This document shows, in pieces, positions 7,930-14,352 of a stretch of 42,543 bases of DNA. The position numbers and the translations under genes were made by a program. This stretch comes from a virus. The stretch is taken from IMG/VR virus record IMGVR_UViG_3300027674_000003, positions 1 to 42,543 of that record. The stretch is one strand, 5' to 3'. The notes under the pieces are model-generated. The model saw nothing but the letters and a program-made list of their open reading frames with translations, was not told the DNA's origin and did no database searches. How positions within the stretch are numbered: position 1 is the first letter of the stretch; the number at the start of each line of letters is the position of its first letter.

Positions 7930-8330
7930 TTCTCAGCCTCCCGCTTCGCCCGCAGTTCCGCCCACTTGCTATCAGCCCGGAGGCCGCACTTCGGACATCG
8001 CTTAGGTTTCGGACTCGATGACCACCATTGATGTTTACAGCGATTGCAGGCTAGAAGTGTTGATACCAGTTGTGGTCGCACGCTTACATACCTCCATTCG
8101 CATTTTCCATTATTGAAATATCGGCGCACACCACATTTACCGCAGTAGGCTAGATCCATTCTCAGCCCCCCCCCCTGCGCCTTCAGCCGCTCCGTGGATT
8201 GGGAGGGGGCGGGATCAACTTTCCACTGGCCACATCGTTGACAGTACTCTCTCGGCTGATTGTTTATCTTGCCGATGCGCCAAGCGTGATCGGGATACAC
8301 TTTATCGGAAACAAGGCACTGCTCACTCAT
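7926..8330 (-). CDS. Multi zinc-ribbon protein (134 aa)
   Basis: Repeated CxxC pairs: CQRCG, CGKCG, CNRC, CPKCG. Confidence 0.6.
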   Translation of the reverse strand: MSEQCLVSDKVYPDHAWRIGKINNQPREYCQRCGQWKVDPAPSQSTERLKAQGGGLRMDLAYCGKCGVRRYFNNGKCEWRYVSVRPQLVSTLLACNRCKHQWWSSSPKPKRCPKCGLRADSKWAELRAKREAEK

Positions 8331-8637
8331 GTCGCATGCCCCCTTTTGCCAATTGAATCTTAATTAAGCCACGGCATTCCTCTAATTTCATAACTGCCTC
8401 GTTCAAATAAGCCATACTGTAAATAAGCCGCTCATCGGCTTCCTTGCGAAGTTTTGCTATTTTCCTGTCAATTTGACGCTTGTTCATTTTTCCCCTCCCC
8501 CCGGCGCAGGGGACGCTTTCACGGCGGCGCGGAGTTTGCGAATCGCTTCTACTATGTTGTCTCGCGTCTGCACACAGCCTGATTCGACTAATGCGCTCGT
8601 ATGTCTCAAGGGGTGGTCTGGATTCTAGGTTAGTCAT
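8323..8637 (-). CDS. Hypothetical protein (104 aa; alternative start MNKRQ at 8487 gives 54 aa)
   Basis: The internal ATG at 8487 has a GGAGGGG RBS. The upstream ATG at 8637 forms ATGA with a possible 41-aa ORF. The C-terminal half is a clear helical coding segment. Confidence 0.45.
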   Translation of the reverse strand: MTNLESRPPLETYERISRIRLCADARQHSRSDSQTPRRRESVPCAGGRGKMNKRQIDRKIAKLRKEADERLIYSMAYLNEAVMKLEECRGLIKIQLAKGGMRHE

Positions 8638-8759
8638 TTGTGCTCTCCCGCTTCCCCTTCCGGCGCGGACGAATCTCGAATTGCACCTTGGCCAGCGCGT
8701 CCGTAAAGTGCTTGTGCTTCGAAAAATCGGGAATGTCTCCGGGGATCGATACCCACCAA
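8634..8759 (-). CDS. Possible 41-aa ORF, weak
   Basis: GAGGGG RBS, a TTG/GTG start, and a stop overlapping the ATG at 8637. No other support. Confidence 0.2.
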   Translation of the reverse strand: MVGIDPRRHSRFFEAQALYGRAGQGAIRDSSAPEGEAGEHK

Positions 8760-8771
8760 AAGTTTCCCCTC

Positions 8772-8975
8772 TTACGAATTTTGATCTTTGGATTCTTCAC
8801 TCCCTCGCCCGATCAGCCCACACGCAAACTCCAGCGACTTCAGGAGTTTCGGCGCTCCCTTCGTCCAGTCAAAATCCTTGGGCAGCAGGAGTTTCACTTC
8901 TACCCATTGAACCAGCTTCCCGGCTTCATCCGGCTCGGCGTGCGTGACTAGGCTCTCGATGCTGAAGGCGCTCAC
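8772..8975 (-). CDS. Hypothetical small protein (67 aa)
   Basis: GTG start overlaps the upstream stop (GTGA 8972..8975). Confidence 0.5.
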   Translation of the reverse strand: MSAFSIESLVTHAEPDEAGKLVQWVEVKLLLPKDFDWTKGAPKLLKSLEFACGLIGRGSEESKDQNS

Positions 8976-9169
8976 GGCCGGCAGCCCGCATGATAGATTT
9001 CCACTTCATCGTCGCCGCGGAAGTAGTTGACTTGAGTTTCCCGCACGAGGAAAGGCTCCTTCGGCCCGAATTCCCTCTTGCACTTATCGCAGTGCGTGCA
9101 GCCTGGGCGGCGCTGGCGGGTGACTTCAACCCACGGGCCGATGATTGGATATGGCTTCCTGCGTTTCAC
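8972..9169 (-). CDS. Small zinc-ribbon protein (65 aa)
   Basis: CTHCDKC plus a C-terminal HAGC. Basic N-terminus MKRRKPY. Confidence 0.55.
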   Translation of the reverse strand: MKRRKPYPIIGPWVEVTRQRRPGCTHCDKCKREFGPKEPFLVRETQVNYFRGDDEVEIYHAGCRP

Positions 9170-9173
9170 TTGT

Positions 9174-9362
9174 TTACAGCTCCCTCACCCAAGCCAGTCG
9201 CGTCGTGATTCGGTGGCCTGTTTCGTCCTCGAAGGAAACCATCTTTCGCGTGGCTCGGTCGTCTTCGTCATACCGGCGGAAAATGGACGTGACCGTTCCT
9301 TTTTCGCCTTGGTCGGCGCCTTCCACGACTATCACCTTCACGCCCTTTTTAATTGTGGTCAT
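9174..9362 (-). CDS. Small KOW/SH3-like protein (62 aa)
   Basis: KGVKVIVVEGADQGEKGTV resembles a KOW-type G-x-V...G-x-x-G-x-V motif. ATGA overlap at 9359..9362. Confidence 0.45.
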   Translation of the reverse strand: MTTIKKGVKVIVVEGADQGEKGTVTSIFRRYDEDDRATRKMVSFEDETGHRITTRLAWVREL

Positions 9363-9604
9363 GCCTTGCCCTCAAAGACGTCTGACGCAAATTCCTTTAG
9401 TTCCTCGGTGATCTGGTCGAGCATTTCTAGATCGGCTGGTTCGGGTTCACTTCCCGGCGTGAGTCCGTTTATAATCATAAAGAATAGGGCCTGTGCGCCC
9501 GCGTAAAATGAGCGCCTACACTCTTGGATTTGAATGGGAGACGCACCGTCCAATAAAGTCGTTCGGTAGCTATTCCATTCTTCGAGCACGCGTAGTTGCT
9601 TCAT
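9359..9604 (-). CDS. Hypothetical protein (81 aa from MKQLRV)
   Basis: ATG at 9604 forms ATGA with the stop of the upstream gene. The track start at 9625 would overlap that gene. Confidence 0.55.
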   Translation of the reverse strand: MKQLRVLEEWNSYRTTLLDGASPIQIQECRRSFYAGAQALFFMIINGLTPGSEPEPADLEMLDQITEELKEFASDVFEGKA

Positions 9605-10392
9605 GAGGCAGCCGCCGTCTTCCAATTCTGCACTTCCTTTACGAAAGCCTCGTACTTGTCCATTGTGATGTGCGCGACCATCTCGAAACCGTGCTTCTTC
9701 GCCAGGGCCGGAAGATTGTCCAGGTCGTAGCCGACTTCGTTTGCGATGGCGAAAATACGCTTGCGCTGGCCGTCCGAGATTCGCTTGGCGCCCGTCGCTT
9801 CGCTCGTTGCCTGTTTTTTCTCCTTGCCGCCCATTTCTTCCGCCGGCGTTCCTGACACGTTCGGCGCGCCCAGGATCACTACCCAGCGGAATACGCTCGA
9901 CAGCGCTTTGCTCGTTGCGCGCGTCTGCGCCATGCTTTCAAGCTGCTGCATGGCTTTTTGGCGCTCGCCTACCTTGGTTTTCTCGTCGTTCTGCCATTCG
10001 TACTTCGCGACCATTCCCCAGTTTTCTTCGTTCGACATGCAGCGCGCCACGGCCCGCCCTACAATCCTCCCGGTTGCGGCGTGGACCGCTTCGACGGTCG
10101 CCTCGAATCCGAAATGCCCGGTGGCGTCATCCTGAACGGACATTGCGGACTCCGTGCGTGTCGTCACGCCGAAGAAATGCCCCAGAAGAAGCCACGCCTC
10201 GACCTTCAGGTGCCGTTTTTGCTCCTTGCCGCGGCCGAAGACTTCAAACAGTCCTTTAGCCTCGACTACTTTCATGAGCACCGTGCATGCTCTCGTCGCC
10301 TGCTCGATCTGTTTTTCGGGATCGCTGACTAGGGATAGCTGCATCCCGTTCTCAGCCATCTGCTCGGCGCTGGTTACGATTTCGTTACTCAT
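9601..10392 (-). CDS. Putative single-strand annealing / recombination protein (263 aa)
   Basis: Lies in a module with a PD-(D/E)xK exonuclease. The segment QQLESMAQTRATSKALSSVFRWVV resembles the conserved helix of RecT/Rad52-type annealases. Family assignment is not possible by eye. Confidence 0.4.
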   Translation of the reverse strand: MSNEIVTSAEQMAENGMQLSLVSDPEKQIEQATRACTVLMKVVEAKGLFEVFGRGKEQKRHLKVEAWLLLGHFFGVTTRTESAMSVQDDATGHFGFEATVEAVHAATGRIVGRAVARCMSNEENWGMVAKYEWQNDEKTKVGERQKAMQQLESMAQTRATSKALSSVFRWVVILGAPNVSGTPAEEMGGKEKKQATSEATGAKRISDGQRKRIFAIANEVGYDLDNLPALAKKHGFEMVAHITMDKYEAFVKEVQNWKTAAAS

Positions 10393-10661
10393 TTTGGTGC
10401 TCCTTCCGCCGGCGGGGGTAGTTTGGCGAATTTGAATTTGCCTCGAATTTGCTGGCCGAAGTAGCGGCCCGCGCTCTGCGCGTCCATGAGGGCTTGGTGC
10501 GTTTCGGGAAGCACGTCGAAATATTGGTAAACCGGGCCTTTGAATACCTCGCCTTCCGGCATCTCCTTGACTGCTCCCCTGAATTCAATCTCCAAGATGG
10601 ACTTCGCGGGATCGTAGCCTACGCTGACGATCTGGCTGCTTTCTACTGGCTGGCGTTCCAT
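10389..10661 (-). CDS. KTSC domain protein (90 aa)
   Basis: IVSVGYDPAKSILEIEF...VYQYFDVLPETHQALMDAQSAGRYFGQQIRGKFKF matches the KTSC-domain pattern (GYD...LE-EF...Y-Y-DVP...S-G-YF...IR). Confidence 0.65.
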   Translation of the reverse strand: MERQPVESSQIVSVGYDPAKSILEIEFRGAVKEMPEGEVFKGPVYQYFDVLPETHQALMDAQSAGRYFGQQIRGKFKFAKLPPPAEGAPK

Positions 10662-10858
10662 GATTTTCTCTTTCTCCTGTTTTTGGCTTGCTCACTCACC
10701 GTCGCCCATCGAACGTTGCCGGGTTCGTAATGGCCATCGTTGTTCGGAAAGCGGTCAAGGGTGTAAGTTGCCCGTTTGCCCGTCATCCCCGGCGGCCTCG
10801 GTCCCAGTTCGGCCATAAATTGGGGAATTATATAGTTGACTCCCTTGATTAATCCCAT
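10643..10858 (-). CDS. Truncated homing-endonuclease-like fragment (71 aa)
   Basis: LDRFPNNDGHYEPGNVRWATVSEQAKNRR resembles the conserved 'D-N-x-G-x-Y-E-P-x-N-C-R-W-A-T' segment of phage HNH/NUMOD-type endonucleases. No catalytic HNH core is present. Confidence 0.4.
   Translation of the reverse strand: MGLIKGVNYIIPQFMAELGPRPPGMTGKRATYTLDRFPNNDGHYEPGNVRWATVSEQAKNRRKRKSWNASQ
10823..10843. repeat. Arm B of a 21-bp AT-rich inverted repeat (19/21 match with 11055..11075)
   Basis: gggaattatatagttgactcc compared with the reverse complement of 11055..11075, gggaattatatagataactcc. Confidence 0.8.
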
Positions 10859-11031
10859 CCGAGAGACTTGCTAATTTCAGGCGTAAATCCTCCCGCATCT
10901 TTCAGCTTCTGCGCAAAGTACTCTCCCGTATCACCTTGCAGCAACGGATGTGGGCACTCAGCAAATCGCCACAACCGGCACAAGTCGTATTGGGACATGG
11001 CATCAATCTGATCTTTCTCTTCTTTTGTCAT
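10849..11031 (-). CDS. Hypothetical small protein (60 aa)
   Basis: ATG at 11031 with GGAG 5 nt upstream. The gene is enclosed by the 21-bp inverted repeat. Confidence 0.55.
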   Translation of the reverse strand: MTKEEKDQIDAMSQYDLCRLWRFAECPHPLLQGDTGEYFAQKLKDAGGFTPEISKSLGWD

Positions 11032-11054
11032 CACATCTCCTTTGTTCCCTTGCT

Positions 11055-11075
11055 GGAGTTATCTATATAATTCCC
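11055..11075. repeat. Arm A of the 21-bp AT-rich inverted repeat
   Basis: ggagttatctatataattccc. It lies in the 123-bp intergenic gap upstream of 10849..11031. Confidence 0.8.
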
Positions 11076-11157
11076 ATAAATTGCTGGTACGATCGCTGGT
11101 TAAGTTCTCTCGCCCTTTCGGGATGCGCCTTAACCCACCGCCGCTGACGTTCCCCCA

Positions 11158-11991
11158 TCAATCGCCTCCGCGGTTCACCGCACGCAGACCTGGATAACGC
11201 TGGCCCAGTGTAGCTCTGTGGGTTTTTGCCTCGCGATTTAAGCTGGGCTGGTCAATGGTCAGCATCGCGGGCATGTCTTTTTGTTTTTTGCACCAAGCCC
11301 AAAACACTGCTTTATCGGCAAGTTCGGCCTGCCAGTTCTGCGGGATCTTCCTCGTGCCCGTTGGCCGCGTGTAGGACGGAATCGCCACGGGCGCGGGCGC
11401 CGTGCTGGGCTGCGTCAGGATTGTTTCGACTGCCGCCTCGCTGAGTCCAAGTTGTTCGGCTTGCACGGCGGCGTCAAGGCGCTGCTTCTCTTCGCGTTCC
11501 CGCTGCTCTTTTTGCAAGCGCATGGTTTCCGCGTCGGCTGCGGCTTTCACGGCGCGCTCGAAGTCCAGGCGGCGATTCTTGCCTTTCTGGTGCGCCACGG
11601 TTGGGGCTAGTGTGATTGTCGTCGTGCGTTCGAGGATCGCCTTGTAAGGACGGTAGAACAGGTTGCGCCAGGGTTCGGCAAACTCTTCCACGCGGTCGAG
11701 GAATTGCTTCGTGTCCGTCAGGCGCTCGCACAGTTCTGTGTAACTCGTCTGATCGGTGGCCTTGATGCCGTCCAGCGCTTGCGCGATGGCTAGGCCGGTT
11801 TCCTCAAGGCGCTGCATCTCGACATTCAGCTTGCGCGTGATGCGGCCCATGTGGCTCGCGATTACCATTGCCTCTTGGGCAAGTGGAATCTGTTCGATGT
11901 TATCGATCACGAGAATCCCTTCCTCGGGCTTCGCGGCTTGCTGGTCTTCGTCGGGGAATTCCGGTTCAAGTCTGAACGCTTCGGTGCTCAT
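11158..11991 (-). CDS. Hypothetical coiled-coil protein of the recombination module (277 aa)
   Basis: Acidic N-terminus and a long helical centre rich in Glu/Arg/Gln. Sits between the exonuclease and the annealase-like gene. A Gam-like role is only a guess. Confidence 0.5.
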   Translation of the reverse strand: MSTEAFRLEPEFPDEDQQAAKPEEGILVIDNIEQIPLAQEAMVIASHMGRITRKLNVEMQRLEETGLAIAQALDGIKATDQTSYTELCERLTDTKQFLDRVEEFAEPWRNLFYRPYKAILERTTTITLAPTVAHQKGKNRRLDFERAVKAAADAETMRLQKEQREREEKQRLDAAVQAEQLGLSEAAVETILTQPSTAPAPVAIPSYTRPTGTRKIPQNWQAELADKAVFWAWCKKQKDMPAMLTIDQPSLNREAKTHRATLGQRYPGLRAVNRGGD

Positions 11992-12191
11992 GGCTTTTCT
12001 CCTTTTGCTTCAAAACATCTAACCCTAGTTTCCATGTTTCTAATTGCTCCCAATTGTGCCGCCCGCTTCTTTGCTGCTGGTTTCGATAGAAAAATGGGTT
12101 TCGACACTTGCCAATTGCCGGTTGCGTTTTCCCCTAAAGTCCTCCACTCGACCGCCCATAAATACCGAATTGGCGTAGCGCGGCATCCCAT
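11988..12191 (-). CDS. Hypothetical small protein (67 aa)
   Basis: This is the C-terminal part of track ORF 11988..12485. ATG at 12191 overlaps the exonuclease TAA (TAATG), and the stop overlaps the next ATG (ATGA 11988..11991). Confidence 0.5.
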   Translation of the reverse strand: MGCRATPIRYLWAVEWRTLGENATGNWQVSKPIFLSKPAAKKRAAQLGAIRNMETRVRCFEAKGEKP

Positions 12192-12823
12192 TAGAGCAAC
12201 CCACCTTCCCGCCTTAGTTTCGCCGTGATGCTGAGTGCCAGAAACTCGTTCACGTCTTTCTGGTATTCGTCCACCTTGAAACTGTTCACCGGCCCGTAAT
12301 TGCCGTCCGGCCCGAGTACCACTTCGATTCTGCGGAAGACTTCCTTGGGCGCAAACGCGTGACCATAACTGGCAAGCTGCCACTTGGAGCAAAGCTGGCC
12401 CTGCTTCCAGTCGTTTGTCTTCCAATCCACGATCACGTCCACCTTGCCGTCTGGAAAATGACCGAGTAGGTCCAGCGTGCCGCACACATTGAAAATTGGA
12501 TCGTAAACTCTATGTTCGACGTACAGCGGCGTGAATTTGTTCTCGGTCGCCCACTTAATTCCGGCTTCCAGGTACGGCCTGATCTTGGGGTCTACCTTGC
12601 GGCGGTCGATGTTGCCTGCCTTAAACCACGTTGCCAGTGCTTTGTGCGTCTCGCTGCCGCGCCACCTGTGAAACTCTCGAAACCACGTCGTGTCAATCAT
12701 TCCCGCATCGCGGAAAACTTGGGTGGTGGAAATAACCAGCTCTCCATCCACGTAATAAGAATGGCTCGCCTCGTCAAATTCCACGAGGCGCTTTGTGTGT
12801 AGCGGGCTGGGAGTTGCGTTCAT
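12191..12823 (-). CDS. PD-(D/E)xK (RecB/lambda-Exo/Cas4-like) exonuclease (210 aa)
   Basis: Motifs GTLDLL (D), VIVDWKT (D-x-K) and QLASY (QxxxY). The ATG at 12823 is preferred over the TTG at 12859. Confidence 0.65.
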   Translation of the reverse strand: MNATPSPLHTKRLVEFDEASHSYYVDGELVISTTQVFRDAGMIDTTWFREFHRWRGSETHKALATWFKAGNIDRRKVDPKIRPYLEAGIKWATENKFTPLYVEHRVYDPIFNVCGTLDLLGHFPDGKVDVIVDWKTNDWKQGQLCSKWQLASYGHAFAPKEVFRRIEVVLGPDGNYGPVNSFKVDEYQKDVNEFLALSITAKLRREGGLL

Positions 12824-12830
12824 GTTTTTC

Positions 12831-13214
12831 TCAGTGCATGACCATTGCGATTGCCACAATTACGGCTACGACAAGAAGGCTGATTCCCGCGTATAAAACC
12901 GGCCTGGGCACGATGCGCGGCCTCCAGCGTCCAGCGTCCGTTTTGCGCTCGCCCATGATTTCAAGGATGCCGCTGCCGTCGCAGTGTAGACAGCGCTCGA
13001 AAGGGGCGAGTCCGACGCGCCATAGTCCAAAACCCCTGCACCACAGGCAGACTACGCGGTAGTATCCCGGGCGCGTTCCCGGGCGGCGCCCGTGCGGCCC
13101 AAGGTCGCGTCGCCGTTGGCCGGCAATGATTTCTTCCGCCGAAGTTCTTCCCGAACGCATTGCCTCACGAACTGGGTTAGATTCTGATAGCGGCGCGTTG
13201 CTTCCGTTTTCCAT
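12831..13214 (-). CDS. Zinc-finger (CxxC...CxxCxGxG) protein with a C-terminal TM helix; start uncertain
   Basis: CLWCRGFG...CLHCDGSG followed by YAGISLLVVAVIVAIAMV. The Arg/Gly-rich N-terminal 50 aa overlap the RHH gene in the -1 frame, and no good internal start codon was seen. Confidence 0.4.
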   Translation of the reverse strand: MENGSNAPLSESNPVREAMRSGRTSAEEIIAGQRRRDLGPHGRRPGTRPGYYRVVCLWCRGFGLWRVGLAPFERCLHCDGSGILEIMGERKTDAGRWRPRIVPRPVLYAGISLLVVAVIVAIAMVMH

Positions 13215-13270
13215 AGCTTGATCTCCTTCGGGGGAATCCTCATGTTCACCATTTTTGTTTCGATTGCCAT
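13052..13270 (-). CDS. Ribbon-helix-helix (CopG/Arc-like) DNA-binding protein (72 aa)
   Basis: VNMRIPPKEIKLWKTEATRRYQNLTQFVRQCVREEL fits the beta-strand, helix, helix pattern of RHH repressors. Confidence 0.5.
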   Translation of the reverse strand: MAIETKMVNMRIPPKEIKLWKTEATRRYQNLTQFVRQCVREELRRKKSLPANGDATLGRTGAARERARDTTA

Positions 13271-13312
13271 GTATTCCTCGATTCGGGAGCGTAAAGAAGA
13301 AGGTTTACCGTG

Positions 13313-13771
13313 TCAAGCACTTTCGGAAACTATTTTCGAGCGGCCGAATTGCGGCTTGGGATGGCGCTCTGAATGGCAGGCACGGCACGCCACGCGTCCA
13401 TTTTCCGGGCAATCGCATCGCTCGCCGGGCTTGTTTCGGACGTGGTCCCATTCCCCGAGTGGATACGGGCTCGCTCCGTCGTCAAACTCTTGGACCAGTT
13501 CCCCGCACGTCTCGCATATGCTGAGAATCGTAAGCTTGTGTTTTTCTCGGTTGCGCTTGAATATCTCCGCGCGGATTGGGGCTTTGTCCACGCCGTAGAG
13601 GATTAGGTGCGGCCTTGGTTCTGCGCATTCGCCTTTGATGATTTTCGGTTGTGATATAAAGCTGCGCTTATCGACCAGAAGAATGCTTCCGGGTTGGCGT
13701 CCGCTGGGGCTCGGTATTTCTTGGTGCGCCACAAGGCTCGCCCTGTAATCCACTTTGAACCCTCTCGGCAT
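13313..13771 (-). CDS. HNH endonuclease (152 aa)
   Basis: CETCG...GEWDHVRNK...CRACHSERH carries the HNH core with flanking Cys pairs. Confidence 0.7.
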   Translation of the reverse strand: MPRGFKVDYRASLVAHQEIPSPSGRQPGSILLVDKRSFISQPKIIKGECAEPRPHLILYGVDKAPIRAEIFKRNREKHKLTILSICETCGELVQEFDDGASPYPLGEWDHVRNKPGERCDCPENGRVACRACHSERHPKPQFGRSKIVSESA

Positions 13772-14047
13772 TTAATCTTCTCCTGGCTCTCGCATTGGCT
13801 TCGGCTCGAATAGATTTTGCTGCGGGTCGGCCGGCGGCTCTTTCTTCTTCTTGCGGAAACTGTCGGCGCCGATGCACGTTTTCCAGTGGGGCTCCATCGT
13901 GATCGAGTCTATCGGTATGAATTTATCGTTGGGTGTTGTGTACCAGTGCAAGAGAGCTTTGCATTCCGGGTGCTGGCAGATACCGTCCTTGCGGTAGATA
14001 TATCCGGCGGCGGCTAGGGCCTTGTGGCCTTTAGGAAACTCGGCCAT
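13772..14047 (-). CDS. Hypothetical Cys/His protein (91 aa)
   Basis: CQHPEC...HW...C, then a Lys-rich tail. The ATG overlaps the upstream gene by 17 nt. Confidence 0.55.
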   Translation of the reverse strand: MAEFPKGHKALAAAGYIYRKDGICQHPECKALLHWYTTPNDKFIPIDSITMEPHWKTCIGADSFRKKKKEPPADPQQNLFEPKPMREPGED

Positions 14048-14285
14048 GTCGTCGCCGCTTTCTCAACTTTGCGTTTTCGATTTCTCTGATCTTCTGACAT
14101 TCCGTGCACAAACGAATGTAGCGCCGCCCATGAATTGCGCACCTTGGGCGCGCCACAGAAATGCGTGGGTGCAGGAGCATGTATTCCGAGATTCTGCATT
14201 TGGGGGAACAAAATCTCTTCTTGATGTGCTTGCCGTTCAGGCGCCTAAAAACGGATCTGCATTTGCGATATTGGCATCGCGGCAT
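14031..14285 (-). CDS. Zinc-ribbon protein (84 aa), first gene after the early promoter
   Basis: CQYRKC...CSPKC...C...CTEC. The ATG at 14285 is only 9 nt downstream of the -10 element. Confidence 0.6.
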   Translation of the reverse strand: MPRCQYRKCRSVFRRLNGKHIKKRFCSPKCRISEYMLLHPRISVARPRCAIHGRRYIRLCTECQKIREIENAKLRKRRRHGRVS

Positions 14286-14294
14286 GATTTCAGA

Positions 14295-14324
14295 CTTATA
14301 TGCTACGCGTTGCTACGCGGTCAA
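14295..14324 (-). promoter_or_regulatory. Sigma70-like early promoter with tandem decamer repeats in the spacer
   Basis: Minus strand reads TTGACC (14324..14319), an 18-nt spacer, then TATAAG (14300..14295). The plus-strand tandem TGCTACGCGT TGCTACGCGG occupies 14301..14320. It lies in the only gap between the last late gene and the first early gene. Confidence 0.6.
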
Positions 14325-14352
14325 GTAAATAACGGGTGGCGGGAATGGGGAA

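Noticed and set aside
10823-11075. Interpreting the conserved 21-mer as a phage-RNA-polymerase (T7-type) promoter family
   Set aside because: Only two copies were found and they face each other. No single-subunit RNAP gene is present.
12192-12485. The upstream part of track ORF 11988..12485 (165 aa)
   Set aside because: It lies in an alternative frame across the exonuclease gene, with Arg/Gly-rich content. Only the last 67 codons, after the exonuclease stop, look coding.
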